Positions 19,367 through 24,417 of a stretch of DNA of 24,417 nt are shown here, in pieces. The number at the start of each line of letters is the position of its first letter. The first letter of the stretch is position 1. This DNA comes from Candidatus Velthaea sp. (GTDB taxonomy: Bacteria; Vulcanimicrobiota; Vulcanimicrobiia; Vulcanimicrobiales; Vulcanimicrobiaceae), in contig JBEKHC010000080.1 of assembly GCA_050012475.1 (NCBI GenBank), positions 1 to 24,417 of the forward strand, in the 5' to 3' direction. Under the pieces are notes generated by a model. The model did not search any database. It saw nothing but the letters and a program-made list of their open reading frames with translations, and was not told where the DNA came from. The position numbers were made by a program, and so were the translations under genes.

Positions 19367-21442
19367 ATGAAAATCGACATGTCGCGCTTCCACGATGTTT
19401 TCTTCGAGGAAGTGGCCGAGCATTTGGACAGTCTCGAACGCATTCTGCTCGAGCTCGATGTCACGGCCCCTTCGCGGGACGATCTGGACGCGATTTTTCG
19501 TGCTGCGCACTCGATCAAGGGCGGCAGCGGAACGTTCGGTTTCGCTGAGATGGCCGCGTTCACGCACCATCTCGAGTCGCTGCTCGACAAAGTCCGCAAT
19601 GGGGAGATCGTTCTTACCGACAGCCTCGTCGACCTGACCCTGCGCGCCGGTGACGTCTTGCGTGGACAGCTCGTCCACTATCGAGAAAATGCACCGCTCG
19701 AACCGGAGCGTGCCGCAGCGCTGGTAACCGAACTGCAGGCCGCTCTCGAACAAGGCAGTGCCGGAGCGGCCGCAAAATCCAGCGCCGCTCCCGTGCCGGC
19801 CGTCGAAGCGCCGGTGGTCCGCATGTCGATCGCGTACACGTGCGGACAATCCGAGGCCGCGCGTGCCTCACAGCGCGACGGCGTCCGTTCGGCGCTCGAT
19901 TCGATCGGCACGCTCGATGCGACCGACGATGATTTGGCGCAACCGACGTGGACGTACGAGCTTTTGACGTCGCGCGACGAAGCGACCGTGCGCGACCTTT
20001 TCGCGTTCGTCCAAACCGCAGCCGACGCGTTGCAGATCACGGTCGCGCCTCAAGAGCAAACGCATCCCGAAGCGCCTGCCGAATCAGCGAAATTCGGCTT
20101 CTTCGACGACGAACCCGATTTCTCGGCCGAAACCGAATCGGCAGCGTTCGGCTTTTTCGATGATGCGCCGGGCTTCCCGGCTCCGCTTGCGCAGACGGCG
20201 GAAACGCTCGTTGCGGGGACATCGGCGGTTGCGCCGCGGGCCGTCGCGGGCCGCTCGAAATCGAACGACTCGGGAACGATTCGGGTCAATCTCGACAAGG
20301 TCGACGCGCTCATCAACCTGGTGGGCGAAATGGTGATCTCGCAAGCGATGCTCGCGCAAGCGGCGATCCGCCAAGAGAGCACCAGCGAAGAGATGCGCGC
20401 CGCAATCGATCAGATCGCCCAGCATACGCGCGAGCTGCGCGAGGGTGTCATGTCGATCCGCATGGTGCCGATGAGCTTTATTTTCAGCCGGTTTCCGCGC
20501 ATGGTCCGCGATCAAGCTTCGGCCTTGGGGAAGAAGGTGACGCTGCAGACGGTCGGCGACGACACCGAACTGGACAAGGGGCTCATCGAAAACATCGTCG
20601 ATCCGCTCACGCACCTCATTCGCAACAGTCTCGATCACGGCATCGAGCCGCCCGAGGAACGGGTCGCTGCCGGCAAAGACCCGTGCGGCACGATCACCAT
20701 GCGCTCGTCGCACCAAGGCGGCAACGTCGTCATTGAGATCATGGATGACGGCCGCGGGCTCAACCGCGAGAAGATTTTGGCGAAGGCGCTCAAGGGCGGC
20801 CTGCCGGTTTCGGCCGACATGCCCAACGACGAAGTTTGGTCGCTGATCTTCATGCCGGGTTTCTCGACCGCGGAAAAAGTCACCGACCTCTCGGGCCGCG
20901 GCGTCGGGATGGACGTCGTCAAACGCAACATCACCGGGATGGGCGGACGGGTCGAAGTGGCCTCGGAAGCGGGACACGGGACCCACATCACGATTCGGCT
21001 GCCGCTCACGCTGGCGATTCTTGACGGGCTGTCCGTCGCCGTCGGCGGCGATATCTTCATCATTCCGCTCGCGTATATCGTCGAATCGATGCAGCCCGAC
21101 GGCCAGACGGTCAAGCCGATTCCGGGGCGCGGTCAAGTCTTGCACTTCCGCAACGAATTCATTCCGGTCATCGCGCTGCACGAACTCTTCGCGCTCGACC
21201 GTCGCTCGCAAACCTACGCCGACGGCATCTTCGTCATCGTCGAGAACGAAGGACTCAAAGCCGCGGTGTTCGTCGACTCGCTCGAAGCGCAGCATCAAGT
21301 CGTCATCAAGAGCATCGAGACGAATTTCCGCCGCGTCGAAGGAATCGCCGGCGCCACCAGCCTGGGCGATGGCCGAGTCTCGCTCATCCTCGATGTGGCG
21401 GGTCTCTTGCGCTTGAGCGGCGCCGTAGGCGCCGTCGCCTAG
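19367..21442 (+). CDS. cheA: Chemotaxis histidine kinase CheA
   Basis: Hpt FRAAHSIKG, LINLVGEMVI, HLIRNSLDHGIE, DDGRG, SGRGVGMDVV, C-terminal CheW-like domain. Confidence 0.98.
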   Translation: MKIDMSRFHDVFFEEVAEHLDSLERILLELDVTAPSRDDLDAIFRAAHSIKGGSGTFGFAEMAAFTHHLESLLDKVRNGEIVLTDSLVDLTLRAGDVLRGQLVHYRENAPLEPERAAALVTELQAALEQGSAGAAAKSSAAPVPAVEAPVVRMSIAYTCGQSEAARASQRDGVRSALDSIGTLDATDDDLAQPTWTYELLTSRDEATVRDLFAFVQTAADALQITVAPQEQTHPEAPAESAKFGFFDDEPDFSAETESAAFGFFDDAPGFPAPLAQTAETLVAGTSAVAPRAVAGRSKSNDSGTIRVNLDKVDALINLVGEMVISQAMLAQAAIRQESTSEEMRAAIDQIAQHTRELREGVMSIRMVPMSFIFSRFPRMVRDQASALGKKVTLQTVGDDTELDKGLIENIVDPLTHLIRNSLDHGIEPPEERVAAGKDPCGTITMRSSHQGGNVVIEIMDDGRGLNREKILAKALKGGLPVSADMPNDEVWSLIFMPGFSTAEKVTDLSGRGVGMDVVKRNITGMGGRVEVASEAGHGTHITIRLPLTLAILDGLSVAVGGDIFIIPLAYIVESMQPDGQTVKPIPGRGQVLHFRNEFIPVIALHELFALDRRSQTYADGIFVIVENEGLKAAVFVDSLEAQHQVVIKSIETNFRRVEGIAGATSLGDGRVSLILDVAGLLRLSGAVGAVA

Positions 21443-21477
21443 CACCGGCGACGGGATAAGCGCCGAGACGAACCCCG

Positions 21478-22557
21478 CTACACGCGGATGGCGCGCATTC
21501 CCATGGCGTCGAGGCTGGTCATGATGGTGCGTGCGACGGCCGTCAGTGGAACGATCGTGTCGACGCCGCCCGTTGCCACGGCCGCCTTGGGCATGCCGTA
21601 AACCACGCAAGTCGCCTCGTCTTGGGCGATGGTGTATGCGCCGGCTTGATGCATTTCGCGCATTCCCGCCGCGCCGTCGTCGCCCATCCCGGTGAGGATT
21701 GCGGCGATCGCATTCTTGCCGGCGACATTGGCAGCGGAGCGAAACAAGACGTCGACGGACGGGCGATGACGCGACACGGGCGGACCGTCTGAGAGTTCGA
21801 CGACGTAGTTCGCGCCGCGCCGCGCGACGAGCAGATGCCGGTCGCCGGGTGCCAGGTAGGCATGACCGGGGAGGATGCGTTCGCCGTCCTCGGCTTCCTT
21901 GACGTGGATCTTGCACAGACCGTCCAGACGTGCCGCGTAGCTCTTGGTGAACAACGGCGGCATGTGCTGGGTGATGCAGACGCCGGGAGCGTCGGGCGGC
22001 AACAATTCGATGACGCGCGCGATCGCCTCGGTGCCGCCCGTGGACGCGCCGATGAAAATAAGCTTTTCGGTCGATGTCAGGTGCGTCGAGCGGCGAGGCA
22101 GGACTGCGTCGGCATTTCGTTTCTCGTCGACAACCAACGGAGCGAGGCGCGTGACGCGTGCCGCGGCGGCCGTACGAATCTTGTCGGAAAGCTCGTCGGC
22201 GAGCGCGCTCAGGCCGGCTTGGATCCCGAGCGCGGGTTTGGCGACGAAATCGACTGCACCCAGTTCGAGTGCGCGGAAGGTTGCTTCGGAGCCCGCCGCC
22301 GTGAGGCTCGAGATCATCAGGACGGGCATCGGCCGCAGGCGCATCAGCCGCTCGAGAAAATCCAGTCCGTTCATCCGCGGCATCTCGACGTCCAGCGTGA
22401 TCACGTCGGGTTCCAGCGACTTGATCAGGTCGCGCGCGACGTACGGATCGGCCGCCGCGCCGACGGTGCACATATCGGGCTGCGCGTCGATGATCTCGCG
22501 CAGCAGCGCCCGGATCAGCGCAGAGTCGTCGACGATGAGGACCTTGATTTTCGCCAT
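21478..22557 (-). CDS. cheB: Chemotaxis methylesterase CheB (REC + esterase)
   Basis: [39 protein letters not shown]. Confidence 0.98.
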   Translation of the reverse strand: MAKIKVLIVDDSALIRALLREIIDAQPDMCTVGAAADPYVARDLIKSLEPDVITLDVEMPRMNGLDFLERLMRLRPMPVLMISSLTAAGSEATFRALELGAVDFVAKPALGIQAGLSALADELSDKIRTAAAARVTRLAPLVVDEKRNADAVLPRRSTHLTSTEKLIFIGASTGGTEAIARVIELLPPDAPGVCITQHMPPLFTKSYAARLDGLCKIHVKEAEDGERILPGHAYLAPGDRHLLVARRGANYVVELSDGPPVSRHRPSVDVLFRSAANVAGKNAIAAILTGMGDDGAAGMREMHQAGAYTIAQDEATCVVYGMPKAAVATGGVDTIVPLTAVARTIMTSLDAMGMRAIRV

Positions 22558-22572
22558 GGTGTTTTCCTCGCC

Positions 22573-23169
22573 CTAGAACAGATCGACCGTGCCGTGGGCC
22601 GGCTCGTGTTCGATCTTGGTGCGGTAGGTGGCTTCGCGCGCGGAAATCGATTGCGTCGAACGCAGATATTTCACGTCGACTCGTCCGGTGCCGGGAGCGA
22701 AGTACACCTTGCGCGGGTGAATGCCCTCGAGGTCGGCGGCGACGAGCTTGATGCCCTCAGCGCGCAAATATTCGACGATGAACTTGGCGTTCTGCGTTCC
22801 GACCGCCGCGTACGAAAAGGCGTCCGTCACGGCCGCGCCGCCGAACACTTTGGCTTGGAGCACGTCGCGCCGGCTGCCGCGTTTGACGAGCTCGCCGATG
22901 AGCAGCTCCATCGCTTGCAGTCCGAACGCGGCATTGGCCAGCGCCGAACCGCCTTCGCCGCGGGCGGGAAGCATGAAATGATTCATTCCGCCGATGCCCA
23001 GCGCAGGATCGCGCAAACAGGCCGCCACGCACGAGCCCAAGACCGTCACGATCACGTCGTCGTCGGCGCCCACGAGAAATTCGCCCGGCAGCACTTTGAC
23101 GACGTGAACGCCCAAGCGATGATCGAAGAACGACGATCTGCCGTCCTGACGTTGAAACGGCGTTCTCAT
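22573..23169 (-). CDS. cheD: Chemoreceptor glutamine deamidase CheD
   Basis: VLPGEF, TVLGSCVAAC, GGMNHFMLP, AKVFGGA; ATGA overlap with the cheR stop at 23166-23169. Confidence 0.95.
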   Translation of the reverse strand: MRTPFQRQDGRSSFFDHRLGVHVVKVLPGEFLVGADDDVIVTVLGSCVAACLRDPALGIGGMNHFMLPARGEGGSALANAAFGLQAMELLIGELVKRGSRRDVLQAKVFGGAAVTDAFSYAAVGTQNAKFIVEYLRAEGIKLVAADLEGIHPRKVYFAPGTGRVDVKYLRSTQSISAREATYRTKIEHEPAHGTVDLF

Positions 23170-24005
23170 CGAACCGGCGCATACACCGTGCGCCCGATTT
23201 GGGCGAACAGGTGCGTGGCGTAGTGCAGGATCTCCGAGTGCCCGGTAACGAGGATCGCGTCGCTGCCCAAGAGCGTGTGAAAACGCTGCAATATCTGCAG
23301 CTGCGTTTCGCGGTCGAAATAGATCAGCACGTTGCGGGCAAAGATGACGTCGACGCTCGGTGGAAGGGCCCACGGGGGTTTGCACAGATTGAGCTGCCGA
23401 AACTCGATGGTCGCGCGCAGGTTGGCGGCGGCTCGGGCAAAGCCGTCGTGCCGGCCGGTGCCGCGCAGGAAGTATCGCTTGAGCAGTGCCGGCGGGACCT
23501 GATCGAATCGTTCGAGCGGATACACGCCCTGGGCGGCAGTCGCGAGGACGGCGGTGTCGAGATCGGTCGCGATCAGCTCGACGGGCGCCGGGGCCCGGCC
23601 GTAGACCTCAGCGAGCGTCATGGCGAGCGAATACGGTTCTTCGCCCGTCGACGATGCGGCGCACCAGATCCGCAGGCCGGGCGCCGTCCGGCGGCGCCGC
23701 ACGTACTCGGCAAGAACGTTGAAATGATGCTTCTCGCGGAAGAACGCCGTAAGATTCGTCGTGAGCGCGTTGACGAACAGCTCGAACTCGTGGGGATCCG
23801 CTTCGACGAGCGAAAGGTACTCGCCAAAGCTGCGCAGCCCGTGCGCACGCAGGCGTTTCGTCAGCCGGTTGTATACCAGATCCGCTTTTTGCGAAGCGAG
23901 CGAGATGCCGGAATGATCGTAGATGAGGCTCCGCGCGCGCTCGAAATCTCGCGCTTCGAATGCAAATTCGCGCAGGTCATGCTCGACGATGGGTAGCGTG
24001 CTCAT
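23166..24005 (-). CDS. cheR: Chemotaxis methyltransferase CheR
   Basis: LTTNLTAFFRE, IWCAASSTGEEPYSLA, RNVLIYF, GHSE; ATG at 24005. Confidence 0.96.
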   Translation of the reverse strand: MSTLPIVEHDLREFAFEARDFERARSLIYDHSGISLASQKADLVYNRLTKRLRAHGLRSFGEYLSLVEADPHEFELFVNALTTNLTAFFREKHHFNVLAEYVRRRRTAPGLRIWCAASSTGEEPYSLAMTLAEVYGRAPAPVELIATDLDTAVLATAAQGVYPLERFDQVPPALLKRYFLRGTGRHDGFARAAANLRATIEFRQLNLCKPPWALPPSVDVIFARNVLIYFDRETQLQILQRFHTLLGSDAILVTGHSEILHYATHLFAQIGRTVYAPVR

Positions 24006-24062
24006 CCGTGATCTTCTGCCTTGCGGTTCGTCGTGGGAGCGGGGGAGCGAGCCTCTCTCTAT

Positions 24063-24091
24063 CCATCGGCACAACGATGGTGCTGGCGGAG
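24063..24091 (-). promoter_or_regulatory. Putative sigma28-type promoter CTCCGC-N15-GCCGATGG upstream of cheR
   Basis: Same motif and spacing as 17359-17387. Confidence 0.4.
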
Positions 24092-24130
24092 ACGGCGGCT
24101 CGGGCGACCTCCCCGGTGTTACGCGAACGT

Positions 24131-24417
24131 TTAGAAGGTTTGCCAATCGGCGTCGTCGTCGTCGGCGGCGCGTGCGGGGACGAGCGCCTCGTGCTTGGCA
24201 GGCGCGGCGTGTTTGGCGGCCGCGGCATGTTTGGCGGGCGCCGCATGTCTCGGAAGCGCGGCCGCTCGGGCGGGCGCAGCGGCCCGTGGCGGCGCGGCCG
24301 CGCGGGCTCCCTCGGCGAGGGTGAAGACGCTGACGGAGGCGACCAGCGATTGAGCCAAGTCTTGCAGCGATCCAGCCGCCGCGGCGACTTCCTCGACGAG
24401 CGCGGCGTTTTGCTGGG
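24131..24417 (-). CDS. Methyl-accepting chemotaxis protein, C-terminal fragment (continues past the window edge)
   Basis: QQNAALVEE methylation helix (Tar/Tsr-like) and terminal DWQTF pentapeptide. Confidence 0.93.
   Translation of the reverse strand, partial: QQNAALVEEVAAAAGSLQDLAQSLVASVSVFTLAEGARAAAPPRAAAPARAAALPRHAAPAKHAAAAKHAAPAKHEALVPARAADDDDADWQTF
24191..24262 (-). repeat. Four degenerate 18-bp tandem repeats in the MCP tail linker
   Basis: Encode AALPRH-AAPAKH-AAAAKH-AAPAKH. Confidence 0.8.

Noticed and set aside
21443..21477. Bidirectional terminator or recombination site at the cheA/cheB junction
   Set aside because: Only a weak CGGCG/CGCCG stem with no U-tract; no recognisable att or inversion site

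Overview
High-GC bacterial window; the gene style suggests a Terrabacteria lineage such as Eremiobacterota/Vulcanimicrobiota (inference only). 1-8.9 kb (+): translation operon rimP-nusA-ylxR-infB-rbfA-nrnA-truB-ribF plus a TlpA thioredoxin. A ~180-bp element with 34-bp terminal inverted repeats sits between infB and rbfA, and truB lacks a canonical start at its conserved N-terminus. 8.9-12.3 kb (-): SIMPL protein, an unusual Clp ATPase (Zn finger, hydrophobic helix, no M domain, no ClpP loop) and a coupled exported helical protein. 12.4-17.3 kb (+): GlsB/YeaQ protein, 7Fe ferredoxin, then a tightly coupled methyltransferase / flavin oxidoreductase / SRPBCC cyclase / FabF-like ketosynthase / ABC ATPase operon without an ACP or chain-length factor, a candidate uncharacterised aromatic-lipid pathway. 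17.4-24.4 kb: proteobacterial-style chemotaxis genes in two convergent halves (MCP-like-cheY-cheA on +; mcp-cheR-cheD-cheB on -), with a shared sigma28-like motif, a CheZ-like motif in the MCP-like protein and a GTVDLF tail shared with CheD.
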